Part shown: positions 6,764-14,836 of the stretch, piece after piece
How the letters are laid out: every line of letters starts with the position of its first letter
Numbering within the stretch: position 1 is the stretch's first letter
Source: Fibrobacterota bacterium
Lineage (GTDB): Bacteria > Fibrobacterota > Fibrobacteria > UBA11236
DNA length: 19,189 bases
Direction: 5' to 3'
NCBI GenBank assembly: GCA_043753995.1
Contig: JAYUVP010000308.1
Coordinates: 1-19,189, forward strand
Notes under the pieces: model-generated
What the model saw: only the letters and a program-made list of their open reading frames with translations
Database searches by the model: none
What the model was told of the DNA's origin: nothing
Program-made: the position numbers and the translations under genes

Positions 6764-8923
6764 GTGGCATCGATCAACTACGCGACTCGCGAAATAAGCT
6801 GCAAGATCGTGTATTACGGTCCCGGGCTCTCGGGCAAAACCACGAACTTGCAGATTATTCATCGCAAGATTCCTGACAAGGATAAGAGCGAAATGGTTTC
6901 GCTCGCGACCGAAACCGATCGCACCTTGTTCTTCGATTTTCTGCCCCTCGATTTGGGCAGCATCAAAGGTTTTGCGACCAAGTTTCAGCTCTATACCGTT
7001 CCTGGGCAAGTTTATTATAACGCCACCCGCAAGCTCGTTTTGCGCGGCGTCGACGGCGTCGTTTTCGTGGTCGATTCCCAAGCTGATAAGCTGCAAGAGA
7101 ATTTGGAAAGCTTTCAGAATCTGCAAGAGAATTTGCGCGAATACGGTCACAGCATTGAAACCATTCCCGTGGTGCTTCAATTCAATAAGCGCGACTTGCC
7201 CAATATCTATCCCATCGATCAGCTTAATTCCCTGGTGAATAAGCATGGCATGGCTTATTACGAGGCCGTGGCCTCTACCGGTGTTGGCGTATTCACCACC
7301 CTGAAAGGCATTGGCAAGGCCGTCATCGACAAGTTCAATGCCAAGTATTCTGGCTTTCAAGGTTCGCGTCGACCCGCAGGCTCTCCCGCCTCGGCGCCTG
7401 GCGCCGTGCCTCCACCTCCGCAACGCGCTCCCGCAGCGCAAGCGCCACAGCCTCCCGCTCAGGGTGGCATGGGCGGCTTCAGCAAAGCCCCGGAAGCTCC
7501 TCGTTCTCAACCCGCGCCTATCAGTCAGGCCCAGGGACCGCAAGGCTCCGGCCATGGGCCCTTCCAAACTCCCTCGGCCAATCCCTTCCAGCCAAGTTCG
7601 CCCGGTGGCGGTTTCGGCAATGCCCCGGCGCCTTTTGGTAATAATCCAGGGAATAATCCCGGCAATAGGCCAGGCAATCCTCCGGGCCAATTCGTGCCAC
7701 CCACCGGTGGACCCAAACCTTTCTCTGGCTTTGGAGCGCCTGCGCCTCAGCCCGGTCCGGGAATCGGTGCCATGCCGACCTTTGGTTCGGGCAATTCCCA
7801 ACAGGGTTCTAATGCGGGCTCCTTCTCCGGGGCTCCCATGGCACCGGTGGGTGGCAATAATCCGCCCTCGCCTTTTGGCGCACCCTTTGGTGGGCCGGGG
7901 GCAGGCATGCAGCCTCCCCAGGGAGGACAAAATCCCGGTTTCCCCAATTTGGGATCCCCGAATTTAGGGCCGCAACAGCCCGGTCTTCCGCCGCAGCGTC
8001 CGCCCTTCGGCGGAGTTCAAGCCCCGAATATTCCCGTGGCACCGCATTTGGAAACCTTTGGGGGTCCGGGACGCGGGCCTATGAATGCCCCCTCGATTGG
8101 CGGCTTGCAAAGCGCACCGGGCAATCCTTTTGGCGGCGCCCCGCAGGCGCCTTCCCCCTTTGGTAATCCCATGACTCCACCCCCATCGCCTTTTGGCAAT
8201 GCGGCCCCAACCTCGCCCTCTCCTTTTGGAGGTGGCGCGACCTTGGGTGGTGGTTTTGGTGGTCCCGCCAAGGCTCCGCCTGGACAATCTCCCTTTGGGG
8301 GCCAGCCCATGCCAGGCCCAGGACCTTCCCCTTTTGGCAATCCCGCCGGGCAAAACCCCTCACCTTATGGTGGCGCTCAACCAGGGGGGCCTTCTCCTTT
8401 TGGCGGTGCGCCAGGAGCCGGTCCCGCACCTTTCGGCAATCAGCAACCTATGGCCCAGCCTGGCGGTTTTGGAAATCCCGGCGGACCACGCCCCTTTCCG
8501 GCCCAAGGGGGTTCGCCCACAGGCATGCCTCCTCAGGCGCCTCCGCCTTTCGGTAATGCTCCAGGACCTAGGCCGGGCAATGCTTCGCCTTTTGGTGGTG
8601 GACAGCAAAATCCCTATCAAGCACCGAATCCTCCCAATCCCGCAGGTTATGGGGGCCCGTCCCCCATGCCGGGACCGCCGAACTTTGGCGCTCCTCAAGG
8701 CGGAAATCCTTCTCCGGGTCCCGCCTTTGGGAATCCCGCGCCGAATTCCATGACACCCATGCCTCCGGTGGGTGATGTTGGAAGCGGAGCTGACAATCAC
8801 AGTGGCATCGTCTCGACTTATGAAGACATGCAGCGTGATGACAGCTTCAAGACGCGAAAATTGCCTTTGCCCGGCGAGAAGAAAAAGGGATTTTTCGACG
8901 GCTTATTTAAGAAGGACAAATAG
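6764..8923 (+). CDS. mglA: MglA-family small Ras-like GTPase (aa 1-195) fused to a 524-aa Pro/Gly/FG-rich low-complexity tail
   Basis: GTG start after AAGAGG. INYATREISCKIVYYGPGLSGKTTNL (G1), TETDRTLFFDF (switch I with the intrinsic Arg finger), LYTVPGQVYY (G3), NKRDLP (G4) and EAVASTGVGVF (G5) align closely with Myxococcus MglA. The frame stays open to TAG 8921-8923. Confidence 0.95.
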   Translation: MASINYATREISCKIVYYGPGLSGKTTNLQIIHRKIPDKDKSEMVSLATETDRTLFFDFLPLDLGSIKGFATKFQLYTVPGQVYYNATRKLVLRGVDGVVFVVDSQADKLQENLESFQNLQENLREYGHSIETIPVVLQFNKRDLPNIYPIDQLNSLVNKHGMAYYEAVASTGVGVFTTLKGIGKAVIDKFNAKYSGFQGSRRPAGSPASAPGAVPPPPQRAPAAQAPQPPAQGGMGGFSKAPEAPRSQPAPISQAQGPQGSGHGPFQTPSANPFQPSSPGGGFGNAPAPFGNNPGNNPGNRPGNPPGQFVPPTGGPKPFSGFGAPAPQPGPGIGAMPTFGSGNSQQGSNAGSFSGAPMAPVGGNNPPSPFGAPFGGPGAGMQPPQGGQNPGFPNLGSPNLGPQQPGLPPQRPPFGGVQAPNIPVAPHLETFGGPGRGPMNAPSIGGLQSAPGNPFGGAPQAPSPFGNPMTPPPSPFGNAAPTSPSPFGGGATLGGGFGGPAKAPPGQSPFGGQPMPGPGPSPFGNPAGQNPSPYGGAQPGGPSPFGGAPGAGPAPFGNQQPMAQPGGFGNPGGPRPFPAQGGSPTGMPPQAPPPFGNAPGPRPGNASPFGGGQQNPYQAPNPPNPAGYGGPSPMPGPPNFGAPQGGNPSPGPAFGNPAPNSMTPMPPVGDVGSGADNHSGIVSTYEDMQRDDSFKTRKLPLPGEKKKGFFDGLFKKDK
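7349..8770 (+). repeat. Degenerate protein-level repeat region (SPFG/PFG/FG motifs) in the MglA tail
   Basis: Hand count: about 22 FG dipeptides, 14 of them PFG and 8 SPFG, plus one SPYG. Includes a 4x12-bp tandem (NNPG NNPG NRPG NPPG) at 7640-7687. Confidence 0.9.
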
Positions 8924-8926
8924 CCC

Positions 8927-9430
8927 ATGGGTGACTTTGTCCTCTTCAAAGAGGACGTGGAGAGGATTCAAAAAGTCCTCGCCCATGTCCTGACCGAAAG
9001 CGCCGCTTCCAATGCCTTGCTGATTCACAAAGACGGCAATTTGGTGGCGCAAGTGGGCTTTGCCTCGAATATGGATGTGACGGCCTTGGCGGCCTTGGCT
9101 GCCGGTAGTTTCGCGTCCACGCGCGCCATTGCCCATCTCATAGGCGAAACCGAATTCTCGGTGATGTTTCACCAGGGCGCCAAGGAAAACATCCACATCG
9201 CCTTGATGGATGAAGACGTCATTCTGCTTTTGGTTTTCGACGATCGCACCAATCTCGGCCTGGTCAAGGTTTCCACGGCGCATGCTAAGCAAAAGCTTGG
9301 CGAAGCCTTGCATTTAGTGAGACAGAATCAATTCGAAGGGCTCGATTATCCAGGCAATGTCGATGCTCATCAACAGGGCGGCGATGAAGTGCATGGGCAT
9401 ATTGACCGTTTATTTCCCGACAATACCTGA
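8927..9430 (+). CDS. mglB: MglB roadblock protein, GAP partner of MglA
   Basis: LLIHKDGNLVA, DVTALAALAAGSFA, LIGETEFSVMFHQGAKENI and VFDDRTNLGLVKV match Myxococcus MglB motifs (LIGENEF, FHEGAKD, IFDNRTSLGLVR). C-terminal IDRLF resembles IDNLF. Confidence 0.92.
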   Translation: MGDFVLFKEDVERIQKVLAHVLTESAASNALLIHKDGNLVAQVGFASNMDVTALAALAAGSFASTRAIAHLIGETEFSVMFHQGAKENIHIALMDEDVILLLVFDDRTNLGLVKVSTAHAKQKLGEALHLVRQNQFEGLDYPGNVDAHQQGGDEVHGHIDRLFPDNT

Positions 9431-9689
9431 ACACCTTTTTCAGTCGGTTATTTTCCGGGCCGCGGGCGCTGACGGCAACACGGCCCGCGACCTTTCCCCC
9501 CACCGCCGCTCGTAACATCGCCGTTACTTTGACCGACGCCGAACCTTGCCTGGGTCTCCTCGGCTGGGGCACGATACGCAGTGGCCAGAGTACACGTCTC
9601 GGGTAGGCTGTCGCGGGGCGAAAGCGGGCTGCGGGGGAAAACAGGTCAATATCGGTTTACCGCATTTCCCTGGTTCTTTGAAACACGCT

Positions 9690-9698
9690 TGTTATAAT
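9690..9698 (+). promoter_or_regulatory. Putative extended -10 sigma70 promoter for tldD
   Basis: TG-T-TATAAT, 26 nt before ATG 9725. No good -35 element seen. Confidence 0.45.
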
Positions 9699-9724
9699 GA
9701 AAACAAGAACATTAGGCGGATAAA

Positions 9725-11110
9725 ATGGATAGAGCCAAGGTTGAGCGCATTTTGCAAGCAGGCCGCGATCGCGGTGCCGATTTCGTGGAAGTCTTCGAAG
9801 AGGAAACCCGTAACGCGTCGGTGTCGTTCAAGGATCGCAAGGTCGAGTCGGCCACGGCGGGCACGGATTATGGCATCGGCCTGCGCCTGCTTTTCGGCGG
9901 GGAAGTGCTTTATGCGCATACGTCGAGCGACGACGAAGGACATCTCATTCGCCTCATCGACAGCTTGGCGGTGACGCGTGGAGGTTTTGTGACTCCCACG
10001 GGCTTGCCGGCGATACACTTGCAGGGCGTGGCCTTGCAGAATCGCCATGTCATCGCCGACGATCCGCGCAAAATCGGCCAAGAGAAAAAGCTCGACTTGC
10101 TCCGCGCCTCGGATGCTGCGGCTCGTGCCTATTCGGATAAAATCACCCAGGTGAATGCCCGCGCCGCGGATGTGGTGACCCAGGTGCTCATTGCCAATAG
10201 CGATGGCTTGTGGATCAATGACACCCGCACGCGTTGCCGTTATTCGGTGAGCGTGACGGCCGAAGACAAAGGCGAAATTTTCGTGGCCACCGAAAGCCCC
10301 GGAGCTATGCGCGGTTTCGAATTCTTTACCTCGCTCGACGTGGCGGCTTTGTCCAAAACGGCGGCGGAGCGCGCCGTGCTCATGCTCAAGGCGGGCTATG
10401 TGAAGGGCGGCAAAATGCCCGTGGTCATGGGCAGCGGTTTTGGCGGCGTGATCTTTCACGAGGCTTGCGGGCATTTGCTGGAAACCGATTCGGTGCGGCG
10501 TAAGGCCACGCCTTTCGCGGGCAAGGTGGGAGAGCGCATTGCCCACCCTTCCGTGACGGCCATTGACGATGGCACCATCGTGAATTCGTGGGGCTCCATC
10601 AATATTGACGATGAAGGCATGCCGGTGCAAAAGACCACCCTAATTGAAAATGGCGTGCTCAAGGCCTATATGAGCGATCGCGTGGGAGAGCGTGAAACCG
10701 GCGCGCCGCGCACGGGATCGGGTCGCCGCGAGAGCTATCAATATGCGCCCGTGGCGCGCATGCGCAATACCTATATCGCCGCCGGTGAAAGCAAGCTGGC
10801 CGATATGCTGGCTTCGGTGCAAGAAGGACTTTACGCCAAGAAAATGGGCGGAGGATCGGTGAATCCTGCCACGGGCGAATTCAATTTCGCCGTGGAGGAA
10901 GGCTGGCTGATACGCAATGGCAAAATCACCGAGCCCGTACGCGGCGCGACCCTTATCGGCAAAGGCCCGGAAATTCTTCCTTTGATTTCCATGGTGGGCG
11001 ACGATCTTGAAATCGCTGCGGGCATGTGCGGCGCTGGCTCCGGTCACATACCGGTTACGGTGGGCCAACCCAGCATCAAGGTCGACAATATCCTGGTGGG
11101 AGGCCGGTAG
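9725..11110 (+). CDS. tldD: TldD metalloprotease subunit
   Basis: FHEACGH (HExxxH), IDDEG, TGSGRRESY, PVARMRNTYI, GGGSVNPATGEFNF, GMCG and PVTVGQP motifs. 461 aa. Confidence 0.95.
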   Translation: MDRAKVERILQAGRDRGADFVEVFEEETRNASVSFKDRKVESATAGTDYGIGLRLLFGGEVLYAHTSSDDEGHLIRLIDSLAVTRGGFVTPTGLPAIHLQGVALQNRHVIADDPRKIGQEKKLDLLRASDAAARAYSDKITQVNARAADVVTQVLIANSDGLWINDTRTRCRYSVSVTAEDKGEIFVATESPGAMRGFEFFTSLDVAALSKTAAERAVLMLKAGYVKGGKMPVVMGSGFGGVIFHEACGHLLETDSVRRKATPFAGKVGERIAHPSVTAIDDGTIVNSWGSINIDDEGMPVQKTTLIENGVLKAYMSDRVGERETGAPRTGSGRRESYQYAPVARMRNTYIAAGESKLADMLASVQEGLYAKKMGGGSVNPATGEFNFAVEEGWLIRNGKITEPVRGATLIGKGPEILPLISMVGDDLEIAAGMCGAGSGHIPVTVGQPSIKVDNILVGGR

Positions 11111-12456
11111 TGAGCGAAGAAGCATTGCAGCCCGAACAGGCTCTCGAATTCCTCTGTCAGGAAACCAAACGCATTGGCGCGGACGCTTTCGATGCCTTGG
11201 CGGGGGAAAGCGAAAGCCTCGGCTTGGAATTATTCGAAGGCAAGGTAAAGAGCACGGAAATCAGCCATTCGCGTGGCCTGGGCGTGCGCTTATTCCGGGG
11301 TAAGCGTCCGGGCTTTGCTTTTACGGAGCGTTTTACGCCCGAGGCCATCACGCAAACCGTGCGTGATGCTTGGAGCCATACCCAGCTCACTGACGAAGTC
11401 GAGATCGAGCTTCCCGCGCCAGCGGAATTGCCTAAGATCGATTTGCGCAGCCAAGATCCCTCGCTGGCGAATGTGTCCATGGAGGACATGAAGCAATTCT
11501 GCCTCGACCTCGAAGCCAAGACCAAGGCGCTCGACGAGCGCATCGACAATATTCCCTATCTCGGCGCGGGCCGCAGCTCCGGACGAAGCTGGATTCGCAA
11601 TCACCTAGGCGTGAACTATTCCTCGCACGGGGCTTCGATCTCGGCGGGAGTCGGCGTCACGGCCAAGCAAGGCGAGCAAAAAAAGATGGGCTCCTTTTCG
11701 CGAGGAGGCCGTCGCTTCGCTTTCGATGCCGCCGAAATCGCGCGACGCGCCGTCGAAAGAGCCGTGGAATTGCTCGGCGCCGAACCCCTGGAGTCGGGAT
11801 CCTATCCCATTGTCTTCAGCCATCGCGTGGCTCCGCAGATTTTCAGCATGTTCGGCTCGCCTTTTTTTGCTGACGCCGTGCACAAAGGCCAATCGCGATT
11901 CGCGGGCAAGCTGGGCCAGCGCATCGCGCCCGCTTTTTTCAATTTGAGCAGCGAGCCCCATTTGCCGGAATGGCCGGGCTCGCACCTTTTCGATAGCGAG
12001 GGCGTGGTCACACGCCCGTTACCTGTAGTACGCGACGGAGTTTTGCAAACCTATTTGCATAATCTCGAATCGGCCCGCAAGGACGGCGTCGCTCCGACGG
12101 GGAATGGCTCGCGAGGTTATTCGGGTAAGGCGGGCACTGGCTTCGCGAATTATGTGATCCCTTGCGGAGAAAAGACTTTGCCGGATTTGCTTTCGGCTTA
12201 CCCCCGTTGTTTTTATGTGATCAAGCTGGAAGGCGGATCGGGCTGCTCGGCGGTATCGGGCGAAATCTCCATCGGTGCCCAGGGCTTTTTAGTGGAGAAT
12301 GGCCACATCGTGAGACCGGTCGATCGCGTCACTTTGAGCGGCAATTTCTTCGAGCTTTTGCAAAGCGTCGAAGCTTTTTCGAATTCTTGGTCCGACAGTT
12401 TTTCTTCGGTGAAGGTGCCTGATACCTTGGTGGGTGCGATGAGCGTGGCGGGGTAG
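11110..12456 (+). CDS. pmbA: PmbA/TldE subunit
   Basis: GTG 11110 overlaps the tldD TAG, with GGGAGG upstream. FDSEGV, LQTYLHN, PTGNGSRGY, SGEISIGAQGFLVENG and TLSGNF motifs; no HExxxH. 448 aa. Confidence 0.92.
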   Translation: MSEEALQPEQALEFLCQETKRIGADAFDALAGESESLGLELFEGKVKSTEISHSRGLGVRLFRGKRPGFAFTERFTPEAITQTVRDAWSHTQLTDEVEIELPAPAELPKIDLRSQDPSLANVSMEDMKQFCLDLEAKTKALDERIDNIPYLGAGRSSGRSWIRNHLGVNYSSHGASISAGVGVTAKQGEQKKMGSFSRGGRRFAFDAAEIARRAVERAVELLGAEPLESGSYPIVFSHRVAPQIFSMFGSPFFADAVHKGQSRFAGKLGQRIAPAFFNLSSEPHLPEWPGSHLFDSEGVVTRPLPVVRDGVLQTYLHNLESARKDGVAPTGNGSRGYSGKAGTGFANYVIPCGEKTLPDLLSAYPRCFYVIKLEGGSGCSAVSGEISIGAQGFLVENGHIVRPVDRVTLSGNFFELLQSVEAFSNSWSDSFSSVKVPDTLVGAMSVAG

Positions 12457-12494
12457 GGCTTACCGGGCAATTCTGAGGGATAACGAGTCGTATT

Positions 12495-12987
12495 GTGAAA
12501 TGCCTCCTGTGGGGATTCTTGGTTGGGGCCAGCCTTTTGTTGTCGGGTTGTGTATCGACCCTCGGAAACCCAGGCATCCGGACTCGCGCCTATCTATACG
12601 ATGCTTACCATGCCTGGGAGACGGGGGAAAACCCCAAAGCGCTCCTGGCCATCCAAGCGGCTTTGGCCTCATCGGAGTGTGAAAAAGTTCCCAGTGACGT
12701 TCTGATTGAGGTCTACGATGACGCGGGCTTATATTTTTCATGTTGCAAAACGATTTGAAGCGTCCGCGAGATACCAAAGCGTGGCAGTCTTGCTATCTCG
12801 GAAAATCCAAGTTTCCGAAGCCATGAAGAAGTTTTATCAATCAAATCTTCGTCAGGCCCTGTCCAGTGCGGACATTTCCTTTGATACCCTCGGCGCTGAC
12901 ATACCCACCGAGCGCTTGCTAGAAATTCCAGGAGTTCGAGGAAATATTCACATTCAGAAATTCTACGGCTTGAAGGCAAGCCCGTGA
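12495..12987 (+). pseudogene. Small lipoprotein gene interrupted by a +1 frameshift (or sequencing error)
   Basis: Signal peptide with lipobox LSGC. Removing one T from the run 12734-12738 joins ORFs 12495-12758 and 12706-12987 into a 163-aa protein whose stop overlaps the next start (GTGA). Confidence 0.7.
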
Positions 12988-14750
12988 CGCCCTTGCTGCA
13001 AACCCTGGGGTTACGGGTGCGTTACCCTGGCGCCCAACGCGATGCCCTGGCTGGCATTGACCTGGCTTTGGAGCCTGGCACCTTGCTTGGCGTACTCGGG
13101 CCCAATGGCGCAGGCAAAACCACTTTATTGCGTTGTGCCCTCGGGTTATTGCGGCCCAGCCACGGTGAACTTCGCCTTTTCGGCGAACCCTGGAAAACCC
13201 CCACCGCTAGCGCCGAGCGCCGCCGCTTAGCCCGCATCGGTTTGCTCATCGAAAGCCCCGGGCTTTATCGCAAGCTATCTCCCAGGGAATATTTGGAATA
13301 CTTCGCGGCTTTGCATGGTGTTGGCACGGCACGTGATCGCATCGAAAGCATAGCTCGGCAATTTGATTTTTCACTGGCGGTGAAAACCTGCGGCGAGCTT
13401 TCGCAAGGCAATCGTCAAAAGCTCCATCTGATGCGTTCGCTTCTAGCCAAGCCCGAATTGCTGCTATGGGACGAGCCCACCGATCATTTGGATCCCACGG
13501 CGCAAGCCGAAGCGCTCGCGGTCTTGTCTCAACATGTGCGCGAGCAGGGTGGCACGGCCTTGCTGGCTTCCCATCGTATCGAACACCTGGAGCGGGTATG
13601 CAGCCACGTGGCTATTCTCGTCGACGGGCAAGTACGCATGCAGGGCACGCTCAGGGATTTGCTGGGCCAATCCCGGGGCATGGACATAGCCTGGAGCGGG
13701 GACGAGTGGCCCGCCGAGGTATTGGCAAAACCCGAGTGGGCCCATCATGTGCGCCCTTTGGCGGCGGAGACCTTGCCTCTCGGCGCGCAAGGTGGCCTGC
13801 ATTTAGATGCGGACCGGTTGAGCTCGGGACCAGACTTGGTCTCAGCCTTGAGCGCTCAGGGTTACCGTATCATGCATGTGACTCAGGTCCGACCCTCCCT
13901 GGAGTATTGGTATCATCAGGCGACTTCTACGAGGGGGAGGGGGGAGGCGGAAGCCCTGGGAGCTGAACCAATTCAGGAAAAAACTTCGTTCACCCTAACC
14001 CATGGTTTCGCTGGAGGTGGTTCAGCTATTCCACCGTCCAGCCTATCGGCACCGCTAAGCATGCCCGCTGAAATCGGCATCGTGTTGAGGCATGAATTGC
14101 GACTCATCGGTCGCGAACCCCGCTTCCTGATTCTGTTTCTGTCCACCTCGCTTTTTTTGGTGGGCGCGCAGGCGTTTTTGCTTTCCGATCACTTGCAGGG
14201 CGATGTGCAAGGTGCTTGGTTTTTAGCTCAACCTATTCTGTTTTTGCTGGCCGTGATGGCTCCGGGGCTATGCGTGCCCCTGGCCGCCGACAGTTTCGCA
14301 GGCGAACGCGAGCGTAATACCTTGGATTTGCTTTTATGCGCGCCTGTCCGGCCGCAATCGGTTTTCTGGGGCAAGGTGCTGGGGCTTTTGCCCTTTCCAA
14401 TAGCATTCGGTTGGTTCGGCCAGGGATTATTGCTCGGCTTATTGAGCTGGCATGGCGTAAGTTTGACGCAACACGCTGCCGAGTTGGGCTTGGCTTTAGC
14501 GGTGACTCCTTGCATGGCCTTGCTCATCGCTTCGGTCGCGGCGTCCATATCGCTGCGCTCGGAAACGGTGCGTGCGGCCACCCAGGGGGTAACACCTTGG
14601 CTACTGGCCACTTTCATGGTATTGCCGTTTTTGAGCGGGACGATTTTGCGAAGCCCTTGGTTGGGCTTGGGTCTTTGCGGGTTTTGTTTGTTGGGTGCCT
14701 GGGCGGCATTGCGAATGACGCGGAAAGCTTGGATGAGTCGGTTGGGGTAA
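12984..14750 (+). CDS. Fused ABC transporter ATP-binding domain + ABC-2-type permease (exporter)
   Basis: GPNGAGKTT, LSQGNRQK, LLLWDEPT and ASH motifs, then about 6 hydrophobic helices with ADSFAGERERNTLDLLLCAP..VFWGK. Confidence 0.9.
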   Translation: MTPLLQTLGLRVRYPGAQRDALAGIDLALEPGTLLGVLGPNGAGKTTLLRCALGLLRPSHGELRLFGEPWKTPTASAERRRLARIGLLIESPGLYRKLSPREYLEYFAALHGVGTARDRIESIARQFDFSLAVKTCGELSQGNRQKLHLMRSLLAKPELLLWDEPTDHLDPTAQAEALAVLSQHVREQGGTALLASHRIEHLERVCSHVAILVDGQVRMQGTLRDLLGQSRGMDIAWSGDEWPAEVLAKPEWAHHVRPLAAETLPLGAQGGLHLDADRLSSGPDLVSALSAQGYRIMHVTQVRPSLEYWYHQATSTRGRGEAEALGAEPIQEKTSFTLTHGFAGGGSAIPPSSLSAPLSMPAEIGIVLRHELRLIGREPRFLILFLSTSLFLVGAQAFLLSDHLQGDVQGAWFLAQPILFLLAVMAPGLCVPLAADSFAGERERNTLDLLLCAPVRPQSVFWGKVLGLLPFPIAFGWFGQGLLLGLLSWHGVSLTQHAAELGLALAVTPCMALLIASVAASISLRSETVRAATQGVTPWLLATFMVLPFLSGTILRSPWLGLGLCGFCLLGAWAALRMTRKAWMSRLG

Positions 14751-14836
14751 AGCGTTACTTTTTTTTGGGATCCCAACTCTAATCCTCCGTGGTCGGTTTT
14801 AGGCCGTATCCATCAAACATTAAAGAGGGTTTAAGT

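Noticed and set aside
7349..8770. MglA tail as collagen-like repeat, CRISPR array or assembly artefact
   Set aside because: No sustained Gly-X-Y period, no identical direct repeats with spacers, and the repeat units are synonymously diverged.
6686..8800. Numerous antisense and alternate-frame ORFs over mglA (e.g. 6686-7930 minus, 7311-7967 plus)
   Set aside because: Shadows of GC-rich Pro/Gly codons with no recognisable motifs. The same applies to the other nested ORFs in the track.
9285..9974. ORFs 9285-9572 (minus) and 9546-9974 (plus) as small genes or TldDE substrate precursors
   Set aside because: Both overlap real genes substantially and show no leader/core or family features.
11026..11109. 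Upstream ATG for pmbA
   Set aside because: It lies inside the conserved tldD C-terminus; GTG 11110 has an SD and overlaps the tldD stop.
14789..14836. Upstream GTG start for the M23 protein
   Set aside because: ATG 14837 has an SD and gives a normal-length signal peptide.
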